The notes under the pieces were generated by a model, which made no database searches, was not told the origin of the DNA, and saw nothing but the letters and a program-made list of their open reading frames with translations. Made by a program: the position numbers and the translations under genes. This document shows, one piece after another, positions 1-12,039 of a stretch of DNA of 64,000 bases; the stretch's first letter is position 1; each line of letters opens with the position of its first letter. Source of the DNA: Octopus sinensis (taxonomy: Eukaryota); the NCBI RefSeq assembly GCF_006345805.1, contig NC_043014.1, positions 29,512,001 through 29,576,000 on the forward strand, written 5' to 3'.

Positions 1-560
1 CATGCGGCAAGCTCTTTCACATCGATTATTTTACCTTTGTTACTGAGTTGTAATAGACATCCAATATTTAGTAGGCTTATGGGTGCAGTATATGTGTAGG
101 TGTTACTGATGTTAGTGGTGGCCATCCTGGGTCCATCACCTGTGGTGACTTTGTGTATTGAAATGCATGGCTTTGATTTTGCATCTTTTGTCGCTATATC
201 AGCTACTGTACTATCTTCTGGACTATACTCAAAAATGCTCGCAGCTCGATAGCTGTAGTTGGCACAACCTCTGCATATTGCCTTTTGAGTGGTGCAGAGG
301 GTATGTGTTGATTCCCTTTCTTGTTCTTATGAGATCTGTGGGTTCATAGTACACCAGTTGGTGTAGTATTATGAACCCACAGGTCCATATTTGAAGGTCT
401 TCCTTTTCTGTGTTCTTGCTGGTTTCTCGTGGGCAGTCACCCTGCTTGTTTTTCCGATAAGGCTTGAGATACGCAAAGTTGCAGTATTTTCCCTTTTTTC
501 AATGCCACTGGATGCTATTTAAACAGGATTTACAGACAATCTAGGCTCCATCAGTTTCTG
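1..560 (-). mobile_element. Degraded non-LTR retrotransposon fragment (ORF1 end plus start of APE endonuclease), CR1/Jockey-group-like
   Basis: Manual minus-strand translation gives VCKSCLNSIQWH*KKGKYCNFAY (CCCH-finger-like), then ISLLNIGCLLQLSNKGKIIDVKELAA, resembling the first strand/helix of a LINE APE domain; many stops and frameshifts. Confidence 0.45.
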
Positions 561-866
561 TCCATGAGTTTGTCTTACTTAGATTTTGTTTTAAGTTTCG
601 CACTGGAAAACATCATTTTTGCTGACTGCGATTATGAGTGTGTGTGTGTGTGTATGTAACTGTGCACATGTATCTGTAAGTGTATCTATGTGTACATTTG
701 TGGATGTATGTGCATGTGTACATGTATCTTTTGCATATGTGTAAATGTATGGCTCTGTTAATGTCAATGTAAACATGAAGACTGTTATGTATATATAGAA
801 TAAAGGCGAAACAGAGTGAACGAATCTGTCTTTCAGTCTATGGCTTTTTTAATAATACCTCAACTG

Positions 867-923
<57 letters not shown>

Positions 924-935
924 CTCTCTTCTCCC
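867..935. repeat. (CT)n microsatellite
   Basis: Direct reading. Confidence 0.97.
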
Positions 936-1373
936 TCCTTCCATTAGTAGATGGCTTGACCACTCTTCGCACGGAGTTAAAAACAAAACAGTGTCGATTC
1001 TTACTAATCATGTATTTACCTCTGCACATCTTTTTACTGTAATTCATGATCAGTTACATCGTTAGATATATGAGCACAAAATATTGTCAGACAGGTCATT
1101 TGATAGTTCGAAACCATGTTGAAGGTAAGTGTGACAATTAGTGTTTCTGCACTATGACTTCCTCCGCTGAGATAGTTCCAATTACAGCTTTCGAAAGTTT
1201 ATGTATTGACGGTTGAGTGCAGGATCCTATCAAATGTGTAGGTCTTCAGGCTGGGCATTGAAAGCACATTTGCAAGTTTGAAATTTTCAATCCTTATACA
1301 ACGAAGTCCTTTTCTTACTCTGATTGCAGTTTAGCACTCTGTTGCTACTAAAGATTTCTGTACATTTTATAGT

Positions 1374-1620
1374 GTGGAGGCGCAGTGGTTAGGGCAGCGG
1401 ACTCGCGGTCGGAGGATCACGGTTTCGATTCCCAAACCAGACGTTGTGCGTGTTTATTGAGCAAAAACACCTAAAGCTCCACGAGACTCCGGCAGGGGGT
1501 GGTGGCGACCCGTGTTGTACTCTTTCGACCCAAAATTTCTCTCACACTTTCTTCCTGTTTCTTGAGTAACGCTGCGATGGACTGGCACCCCGTCCAGCTG
1601 GGGGGAACACATACGCCACG
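1374..1620 (+). mobile_element. tRNA-derived SINE, family A
   Basis: Head GTGGAGGCGCAGTGGTTAGGGCAGCGGACTCGCGGTC with box B GGTTTCGATTCCC; 3' GCGATGGACTGGCACCCCGTCCAG; homologous to 7823-7980. Confidence 0.85.
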
Positions 1621-1654
1621 CAAACATATATACACATATACATATATATACATA

Positions 1655-1810
1655 GGACGGGTTTATTAGAGTTTCCGTCAACCAAAAACACTCACGTGGC
1701 ATTGGTTTCAACGAGGCTATAGTATAAGAAACATGCCACGCAGTGGGTATGAACCCGGAACCATGTGGCTGGTAAGCAGGCTACATACCACACAGCCACT
1801 CCTGCGCTTA
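1655..1810 (-). mobile_element. SINE family B, 5' half
   Basis: Reverse complement matches GCGCAGGAGTGGCTGTGTGGTA...CACATGGTTCCGGGTTCA of full copies at 14107 and 44857. Confidence 0.85.
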
Positions 1811-1824
1811 TGTGCATTTATATA

Positions 1825-1875
<51 letters not shown>

Positions 1876-2074
1876 ATATTTATATATATGTAAATACATA
1901 TATGTAAATAAAAAGATCTATACATATTTTTGCATATATATGTAAATACATATGTACACAAATATATGCATACATATATGTGTATGTAAACAAATATAGT
2001 ATACAATATATATATATATATATAAATATATACAATATATATTTATATATATAATGTAATATATTTTTTCTGAA

Positions 2075-2150
2075 TCTTCAGACTTTTTTTATATGCTAAG
2101 CCACTCGTTTAAATTGATGTTAATCAAATTAATATCAATTTTATACCATA
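2075..2150 (+). repeat. Short dispersed repeat (second copy about 8462-8545)
   Basis: TTTTTTATATGCTAAGCCACTCG..AAATTAATATCAA aligns with TTTTTTATGTGCTAGGCCACTTGG..AAATTAATATCAA. Confidence 0.45.
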
Positions 2151-2152
2151 AT

Positions 2153-2184
<32 letters not shown>

Positions 2185-2249
2185 TATATTATATATGTAG
2201 ATATGCATACGTATACATATATGGATGTATATATATAATATATATATAT

Positions 2250-2290
<41 letters not shown>

Positions 2291-2353
2291 TATGTACATA
2301 TGTATATATATATATATGTGTATGTATATATATGTATATGTATATATATATGC

Positions 2354-2450
<97 letters not shown>

Positions 2451-3274
2451 ATTCATTGTATGCATATATACATATGTATGTTATAGGTATATCGGTGTAT
2501 GTATGCATATATGTATATGTATATATGTATATGTATATAGATATATATCGAGGTATATACATGCATCGATACATATATTTAATCGTGTCTACATACATGT
2601 ATCTATATATATATATAGTTATACGTGTATACGTATATATATATGTGCATGTATATATGCATATGACTATATATGAATATATATATATATGTGTATATAT
2701 ATGTATATGGTGATGTATATATCTATAAATATATATGCATATGTATGTAAATGTACGTATATATACATGTATATATATGTGTATATATATATATGTATAT
2801 ATGTATAAAAGTACATATATATGTATATAGATATGTATATATATATATGTGTGTGTGTATATATATATGTGAATATATATGTGTACATATATATGTATAT
2901 ATCTGTATATATGTATACATATATGTATATATATATGTATATATGTGCATGTATGTATATATGTATACATATATATACATATATATATGTGTGTATATAT
3001 ATGTATATATATACGTATGCATATATATATGAATGTATATATATATATGTATATATGTATGTATATATATTTATTTATATATATCCATGTATATATATAT
3101 GCATATATATATACATGTATGCATGTATATATATATATATATTTGTATATATATGTATTTATACGTATATATATGTATATGTATTTGTATATGTATATAT
3201 GTATATATGTGTATATGTATATATATATGGATGTGTATATAAATATGTATATATATATATATATATATATTTGG

Positions 3275-3329
<55 letters not shown>

Positions 3330-3890
3330 ATATATATATATATTGTATATTTGTAATATATATATGTATATATCTTATATATATATTTCTATATAGATAT
3401 ATTTGTATGTATATATATGTATAATAATACATATATATCTGTATATTTTATCTATGTACATCTATATATAATTATATATATATATATGTATATATGGATA
3501 TATATATGTGTTCTATGTATATATAAGTATTATGTATATATATATATATACTGGTTTTATATATGAATGAATATATACGTTTGTATATATATGTAATATT
3601 TCCTATATATATATAATATATATGTCTATAAATTGTATATATATATATATACACATACATGCATATACATATATATACATATATATCTATAAATATATAT
3701 AACATATATATATATATATACAACTATATATATATACATATATATATGTATATATACATATATATACATAAATATGTATATGTATATACATATATACATA
3801 TATACATATATATATATATATACATATATGGATATATACATACATATATACATATATACATATATATATATACATATATATATACAGATG
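2150..3890. repeat. Compound (TA)n/(TATG)n/(TACA)n alternating purine-pyrimidine array, about 1.75 kb
   Basis: Direct reading; source of all poly-IY ORFs here; a smaller array lies at about 1815-2050. Confidence 0.97.
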
Positions 3891-3894
3891 TATA

Positions 3895-4010
3895 TTCTTT
3901 GTAAGCCTTGTACTTATTCTATCGGTCTCGTTTGTTTAACTGTTAAGTTACAGGGACGTAAACACACCGGCATCGTTTTTTTAGTGATGTTGGGTGGGGG
4001 GACGACATAC
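3895..4010 (-). mobile_element. SINE family B, 3' half (old)
   Basis: Reverse complement contains GGTGTGTTTACGTCCCTGTAACTT..GAGACCGATAGAATAAGTAC. Confidence 0.8.
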
Positions 4011-4042
4011 AAACATATACACCCACATACATATACATATTT

Positions 4043-4175
4043 GCGACGGTTCTGCAAAAGAGACTGATAGAATAAGTATCAGACTTACAAGGACTAAGTC
4101 CCGGTGTCAATTTGTTCGATTAAAAGAGATGCTGCCTCATGGCTGCAGTCAATTGAGTGATACAAATGAAAAATG
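4043..4175 (+). mobile_element. SINE family B, 3' half (old)
   Basis: GGTTCTGCAAAAGAGACTGATAGAATAAGTA..CATGGCTGCAGTCAA matches the family B tail. Confidence 0.8.
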
Positions 4176-4199
4176 TTAAATAGGGCAGGGCCTGTTGAG

Positions 4200-4725
4200 G
4201 AAAAGAAGTTATGTTGCAGTGTACATGTATGCTGTGATCTGAATTTGGGCAGGGGACGTATGGCACGTGGTCCCAGTCTTGGATGAACCTTGAAGGTCGT
4301 TTGGGCAAAGTTGGTGGTATATTCTCCACATCGTACAAATGATGTACCGCTCTCGGCGACGCTGGAGAGAGTAGAGTTTCAAGGCTTTAAGGCGGTCCCA
4401 ATAATCGAGAGCAGCCATGCCTTCAATTCGTTTAGTGAGTGCTCTCTGGGGTGATTCAATCCTCGAGATGTTTTGTCTTGCATGAGGAGACCACAGTGGG
4501 CAGCAGTATTTGAGTTGTGGCCGTACAAAGAAGGAGAAAAGTGCTATGATAACACCTCGTTCTCTGGACTGGAAAGTTCTTAAGATCCAGGAACTCATCC
4601 TACGAGCTATATCGACCTTATTGTTGATGTGTGCACTCCAACTGAGATCGTCATCAACAACTACACCCAGGTCTCTGATATTGTTAGAGGCTGTGTGCGG
4701 TTCCCCTGAAGGAAGAGAGTATGGC
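4200..4725 (-). mobile_element. CR1-group LINE reverse transcriptase, C-terminal fragment
   Basis: ORF 4209-4760: RDLGVVVDDDLSWSAHI..RPQLKYCCPLWSP..LDYWDRLKALKLYSLQRRRER. Confidence 0.9.
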
Positions 4726-4729
4726 TGTT

Positions 4730-4731
4730 TA

Positions 4732-4828
<97 letters not shown>

Positions 4829-4888
4829 CTATATATATATATATATATAGATATATATACATATACATATATATATATACATAATTAC

Positions 4889-4931
<43 letters not shown>

Positions 4932-5778
4932 CTAATCTATATAATATATATATAATATATATCTATATATATATATCTATATATATGAATAATATAATAT
5001 ATATACTATATATATATTCATATATATATATATGTATGTATGTAATATGTATCTATTTTGAGAATCAATTAAACACTGACCTCATCAATTCCTAGGGATA
5101 TCCAAAGAAGGAGTTTTTATATTCCGAATTATTAAATCAGACTATGGATTTAATATATAATATATCTGTGTATGTATGTATATATGTATATAGATATATA
5201 TGTCTGTATATATAAATATGTACATAAATATATGTATATATACATAATATGTATATATGTATATATATGCATATGTAATGTGTGTATATTATATATATGT
5301 GTGTGTGTATATGTAAATATATATATCTATATATATCTATAGATATATATATATGCGTTTATATATATGTATCTATATAGATATAAATATATGTAAATAT
5401 ATGTATATATATATATGCATATATATATGTATCTATATATATATATATATATGCAAATATATATATGTATATATATGTTTATATATATATATGTATATCT
5501 ATATGTATATATATGCATATATCTGCATATATGTATATATATTATACATAAATGTGTATATATGTATATATATGTATATGTATGCATATATATGTATATA
5601 CATATATACGTGTATTTATGTATATACATATATATGTGTATATATGTATATCTATGTATATATACATACATGTGTATATATGTATATATATACATATATA
5701 TGTATTATATATGTATATATATATGTATATATATATGTGTGTATATATGTATATGTATATATATGTGTTTTATATATA

Positions 5779-5827
<49 letters not shown>

Positions 5828-5995
5828 ATGTATATATATGAATATATATGTACATATATGTATAAATATGCATATATGTATAATATGTGTATAATTACCG
5901 TATGTATATATTTATGTATATGTATCTATGTATATCTATTTATATATCTATATATATACATGTATATGTGTATGTATATATATATGTGCATGTAT
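4730..5995. repeat. Compound (TACA)/(TA)/(TATG) array with a short unique island near 5050-5160
   Basis: Direct reading. Confidence 0.95.
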
Positions 5996-6489
5996 ATCGG
6001 TTATAGAACTATTCCCCGTATACATAAACAGACAGACCAACAATCCAACACACCTCCATCATCAGCTGCCCCACCGATATCATTATGGTTTCGATGCCTG
6101 GTCAGTGCAAATCAATCCGGCGGTGTCTACAAGAGTCTTGTACGTGTTGTTTGGGCACAATCATACCAAAGAGACGCCAGTTATCAAGCATGTTTACTCT
6201 GTAAATAAATTCAATATGTGTCTCAATAACCAACTCCTAAATATGTAGGGGATGGGTAAAGAAAAACATTCTTTCTAAGACAGGAGAGTGCAAGGTATGT
6301 GTGTGTGTATATGTGGGTATGTGCGTGCGTTCAGCTCTGTCTGTGTGTGTGTGAGTAGTTGTGGCTGTTTACGTATGTGTTTGGTTTGACTTAGTATCGC
6401 CTAAGGTCATAGGAAGTATTTTTAGTAAGAATTTTGGTAGGAATAGCTGTCTCTTGTGTGTCTCCTTAAATATATATATATACTTACCT

Positions 6490-7160
6490 CTAATTATATT
6501 CCTGTTTATACCTGTAATTATTGTGGCTCTGGGATACGTAACACACTGCCTAAATACCAATCTTGAGCAATTGGGCTTCTCAAAACCAGAAAGTAGAAAG
6601 CTAATTCGAAGACTACAGATCTAGTCCATCAATGCAACTGTAAATATCTGTGAAACTTTCCAGAAGGTTATCATTTAAATATATATGAGCATGTCTAGAT
6701 ATATAGCTATGTGCATCCTAAATACATACATAAGACATACAAATTTATACATATATAGATACATACATACATACATACATACATACATACATACATACAT
6801 ACATACATACATACATACATACATACATACGTTCGTACGTACAAAATACCCTGTTGTTGATGTTGAAGTTCCAATGAAAGAACCTTGGATCTAGGTTAGA
6901 ACCCGGTTCTTTCGCTATTGGCAAGAAATCTTGAAATAAACTGAATAATGACATATATATACATACATACATACATACATACATACATACATACATACAT
7001 ACATACATACACACATACACACACATACATACACACATACACAAATACATGCATACATACATACATACGTACGTACATACATACATACATACATACATAC
7101 ATACATACATACATGCATACATACATACATACATACATAGAAAACTGAACAATGACATAC
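6490..7160 (+). mobile_element. 3' end of a REL-endonuclease (R4/Dong-like) LINE, with 3' UTR embedded in (TACA)n
   Basis: FIPVIIVALGYVTHCLNTNLEQLGFSKPESRKLIRRLQI*SINATVNICETFQK resembles the P-I-I-G-A-L-G ... G-T-V-K-I-C-K C-terminus of REL LINEs; unique UTR at 6830-6950 flanked by (TACA)n. Confidence 0.7.
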
Positions 7161-7580
7161 ATATGTATTTATAGAGAAAGGGATACGTAGTGGATGGGTA
7201 TGCAGACAGACAAATAGATTGATGGATAAATAAATAAAAATAATCAAGTGTTCTGCTTCGTTGATGCAAAGCGATAAACACGAGCGAATTCCATTGTCCA
7301 ATAGTCTATAGTGTTTGTTTTCGTCACAAACGTCTGCAAGCATCTGTGATTGCAATGATCTGCGCACGAAGCTCTCTCTTTTAACTGTCAGACATCCGCT
7401 CTCACTTTTATTCTTTTCTGAATGTCTGTGGGTACCTGGGTGTATTTATATCAGTATGTACAAATGGGTCTATCACTCCAGATTTGTGTATGTGAAAACA
7501 CACGCAAGCGATTGCGTGTATGTGTGAGTGCATTGTAGCATATGTAAAGGTGTTTATGAGTATGCGTCAATGCATATGTG

Positions 7581-7612
<32 letters not shown>

Positions 7613-7822
7613 TGTATGTATGTATGTATGTATATATGTATGTGTTTGTGTGCCTGTGTGTTGAAATATAAAAGTCTGTTCCCGCATAAGTATGCGTTAG
7701 TATATATATGTATTAGTGAAAAATTTCTATGTTTGCGTGTGCGCATGCATACGCGTGCGCTGGGGTGATGCTTTCCCACAGTATATATATATGTATATAT
7801 ACATACATATATATATATATAT

Positions 7823-8030
7823 GTGGAGGCGCAATGGTCTAGTGGTTAGGGCAGCGGACTTGCGGTCATAGGATTGTGGTTTCGATTCCCAGACCGGGCG
7901 TTGTGAGTGTTTATTGAGCAAAAATACCTAAAGCCCCACGAGGCTCCAGCAAGGGGTGGTGGTGATCCCTGCTGTACCTAATTCAACGGTGGTGCATCAG
8001 CATGGCCAAAGCTCTGAGCTGAAACTAGAG
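7823..8030 (+). mobile_element. SINE family A, followed by a family B-like 3' tail fragment
   Basis: Box A TGGTCTAGTGG and box B GGTTTCGATTCCC; then GGTGGTGCATCAGCATGGCC..CTGAAAC at 7987-8025. Confidence 0.85.
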
Positions 8031-8937
8031 AGAAAAAATATATATATATATAGTTAACGTGGTATAGTTATTATTTTAAGGGTAAATGGTAGTGAAAGGC
8101 TACTTGATTTATATGGTAGCTAGTTCATATATATATATATATATGAAGATCCACAGTGGTGATGGCTACACCCCACAACCGGGTGGCTTGCTATAAAGTT
8201 GATGTTGGTAGAACCTGGTGGAGTGTAAGGTTGCAGTATGAGACAGCAATGTGTAGTGAGAAGTGGGGTTGTGTCTGAGGCACCCGGTTCTCAGTTATAA
8301 GGATCAGCCAATTAATTAATTAATTAATTCAGAAATACAAATACCCGTATGGATGTATGAATATACTCGGGAAGTAGAAATTAGAGAAAAAAAAACAGAC
8401 AAGGAGAGAAAAAACTGGAGAAAGAGAACATGCATATGTTTATCAAACGGTTATGTATTGTCTCCCTGGTTTTTTATGTGCTAGGCCACTTGGTGTTAAA
8501 CTGATGGTATTATTAAATTAATATCAAATTTTTCACCCACATTTATGAATTTATAAATTTAATATACTGCACTAAATATTGTGTGCAGTACTCGTTTCCA
8601 CTAAGTTTTACCATGCTTTTTGGCGGGGAAGCTAAATCACAACTATGTATGCAATCGATTGGACCGCATGGGTATTTATCGCCCGTGTGGGTCTAATAAA
8701 TTGTATCGAAAACAAATGCTGCTGATGATTTATAGATAAATATGTGAGTATAATTGCATATTATGTTGATAAAAAAACAATTGTTCAGCATTAATTTATC
8801 TTTTCGTTGTATTTCGCTTTCCATACGTTGAAGGTAATGTTATTCTTTTTGTGGAAAAACATCGGTGGCTATACCAGAATAAGGAGCTATTTCTAGCACT
8901 AGAGTTGACCACTTAACAGTAACTCTCTTATATTTAC

Positions 8938-8991
<54 letters not shown>

Positions 8992-9077
8992 GTATATATA
9001 AGTATATATACATATATACTTACATATATATATACACATACAAAATACATATGCACACACATTATATATACTTATAC

Positions 9078-9112
<35 letters not shown>

Positions 9113-9147
9113 ACACACACATACATGCACATACACCTATAATAATT

Positions 9148-9350
9148 GAGAACGCCATGTTGGATCGTTAGCACCTACACACAATTTTTTTCTCTCCTTG
9201 TTTCTTTTCTGTGTATCTTTCTGTCGAAGAGCGTAGGCTCGAAACGTAAAAGACTTGTTTTATTTCTATTCCTGAGCGCCATACTAATACATTGTTTGTT
9301 TGTACTCCACCTGCTTTCGTCTTTTGTTTATTTTCGTAAACCTTCCCGTT
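9148..9350 (+). mobile_element. Penelope-like pseudo-LTR (pLTR family 1), solo copy
   Basis: About 200-bp repeat shared with 10884-11095, 43690-43890 and 51977-52135(-); copy 3 lies downstream of a GIY-YIG remnant. Confidence 0.7.
9216..9253 (+). ncRNA. Minimal type I hammerhead-like motif with non-canonical core
   Basis: TCTTT-CTGTCGAA-GAGC gtag GCTC-GAAA-CGT-A-AAAGA: helix I UCUUU/AAAGA, helix II GAGC/GCUC, palindromic ACGU helix III, GUA triplet. Confidence 0.6.
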
Positions 9351-10479
9351 ACACCTATAATATGCAGATATGTATGTGTATATATATTATATATATATAA
9401 TATATATATATTATATATATATACAGAAAACGCATGCCTGTGTGCATTTAACTGCTTCTTTCTGAGCATGTATTAAAATGATTTTCTGTGTGCATGTAAA
9501 AGTACGTGAAAGATTGTAGGTGGATGATCAAGAGAAATGCCTGATGATCAAAACACTATTCTGTAATGTCATATCAACTAATCAGTATACAGTGCAGATA
9601 TATTTTGGTGAGTAAACCAACGTACTGTTTTTTTACATTAAAAGCATAACACCTGTCCAGACCCTTAAACGATTAGTTGTGAAAAGTCCCCGTAGTTTAA
9701 ATAGATGTGATGAGAAAGTAATGAGAGAAAATAACGAGAAGCACTGTACAATACTGGTGTTCGTGTAGCCTGCGGAGCTGAGCTTAAAACCTTTCATAGA
9801 GCTGAAAAAATCAACAGCACACGACAGTGAAGAGAATTTATCGCAGGCAGTTCTACAGCTTCATTCTTTGTAACGATGAATATACATTTAGTATGATATA
9901 CATATACATTTTGTAGGATATAGAAATAGTGATTTTGATTGAATGCTGTTTCAATTTGCATATATCAAGTTTTTAGACAGCCTGGTAAGCTTCCACGATA
10001 CCAATGAATGTTTGATTCGTTGTTTCCTCCGCATAACGAAGTACGAGTTTCGTTTAAGCAGATGTCAGTTGAATACACAGTAGTGACAAGCCTCAGTTAA
10101 AGCGAACCGCTTCTGTCATTCTCGTGTGTCACTGCAGCGTCTACATTCGCTTCACTCCGATATATAGTGTTTTGAACATGAGTCTATGAAGAGATTTTAT
10201 TTCAGACAATTTCACATCTTCGTGCCTTCTAGCCGTATGTATACATTTAGCATGATACACAGATGGTGATTTAAAAAAAAAAAGAGGATTTTTGAAGAGA
10301 TGAGAAAAACAGTTAACAAGAAGAAAAAAGAGAATACCTGACAATGCAGCATTGGCTGCCACGAGGGGGAAAAGAAAGACAATGAGAGTTGAAATTGATA
10401 GTGAGAGAAAAAAGTGACAAGTTACTTTCAACACAAAGAGGGGGCGGAATAATACAGATGATGAGGAAGGGCAGATGTT

Positions 10480-10531
<52 letters not shown>

Positions 10532-10639
10532 CACACACATATACATCTGTATATATACACACATAATATACACATATGCATACATATGCAAACACATACG
10601 TGTATGTATATGTATATATATATATATATATATACACAT

Positions 10640-11095
10640 ACATACCATATCACTCACAACACACCACCCACAAACCATCCCCACATCTCCACACACACAC
10701 ATACATACATACAACGTCCAGACACCAGCCCTCTTCACCACCCCCCTCAACCCAAACGCACATACATACTCCCTTATACACACACGCACCTTTGTGTTGG
10801 GGACACCTTCGTTTTCGAAGTCACTTGACCCTGTTATCTCCCCTACTGTCCCTTTAGCGTCTCACCTCTGACCTCTGCCCGAAGTCAGAACGCCATGATA
10901 GATCGTTAGCTCCTACACGCATTTTTTTTCTCTATTTGTTTCTCTCCTTGTTTTTTCTGTGTATCTTTCTGTCGAAGAGCGTAGGCTCGAAACGTAAAGG
11001 ACTTGTTCTATTTCTATTCCTGAGCGCCATACTAATACATTGTTTGTTTGTACTCCACCTGCCTTCGTCTTTGTTTATTTTCGTAAACCTTCAGG
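10640..11095 (+). mobile_element. Penelope-like 3' region (CA-rich tract plus pLTR family 1)
   Basis: CA-rich spacer, then the same pLTR as 9148; ends in (TA)n. Confidence 0.7.
10964..11001 (+). ncRNA. Minimal hammerhead-like motif, pLTR family 1 copy 2
   Basis: TCTTT-CTGTCGAA-GAGC gtag GCTC-GAAA-CGT-A-AAGGA; the helix I change is a G.U wobble. Confidence 0.6.
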
Positions 11096-11099
11096 TTAT

Positions 11100-11152
<53 letters not shown>

Positions 11153-11220
11153 AATATACATATATATATACACATATATATATTACACACGTATATATAT
11201 ATATACAATATAGCATATTT

Positions 11221-11576
11221 AGGCTGACAGTACCCTGTTTGGGCCCCTATCCAGGGTTACGGAAAGGAGACAACCTTCAAAGAAATCCCGTGTGGAGCCC
11301 CGTAGGCGGTTTGGTGTTCGACTCGACACTCTTCCGGTAGCTCCTGCAACCAAGCTGATGCCAAACGTAATGCTCTGCACCCCTTTAGACTTCGTCAGCA
11401 AGGTCGAGAGAGGAATGCTGACGATTGGGCTACCCAAAATTTTCTTACATCTAACCCAGGCCTGCGCAAGACTGGAGAGGTAACTGGAGAGGACATGAAA
11501 TGTAAAACCAGGCTGGATTAGTTTGGTGCGCAACTCCATTGTCTCCCGAGACAAAAGGTGCCAACAAGAACAACAA
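11221..11576 (+). mobile_element. Internally deleted RTE-clade LINE derivative (5' UTR-like part fused to 3' end, CAA tail)
   Basis: GGTAGCTCCTGCAACCAAGCTGATGCCAAACGTA resembles RTE 5' UTRs as recalled; 3' part translates ..GWISLVRNSIVSRDKRCQ then CAACAAGAACAACAA; 3' 130 bp also present inverted at 13047-13188. Confidence 0.6.
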
Positions 11577-11584
11577 TATATACA

Positions 11585-11633
<49 letters not shown>

Positions 11634-12039
11634 ACATACATGCACAAACACCCACCCCACAACACACACACACACCACCACACACACACAAACACACACA
11701 TGTACGTACATATATGTTTAGGAAATAATATCTCAGGAAGTCTAGGTGAATACAAATTCAACACTGAAAATCAGAAAAATTATTCCGTTAATCCAAATAG
11801 TATTCCATACAACCTGTAAATCCCGGGGAAAATACCGGTTACGTGGTTGGTACATTCATTCATCGTAAAGTATGAAATTAACCAAAGAAATGAAGAAGAT
11901 AGTATTACATGTTTTAAATCCGTAAGGATCGTTACAATAATAAGTAGATTTTTTTTTAATTCAATCAACATGATGGCTAATGCATACTGATTATGTAAAT
12001 CCATGCGATATTAAATGAAAGTCCTCTAATCAAATATTT

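Noticed and set aside
1-15. First 15 bases (CATGCGGCAAGCTCT) recur at about 58614
   Set aside because: No similarity beyond 15 bp; a few such matches are expected by chance in 64 kb; no sign of circularity
1374-1450. tRNA-like heads (also 7823, 14107, 30132, 44857)
   Set aside because: Boxes A and B are present but there is no complete acceptor stem or cloverleaf, and each continues into a SINE body
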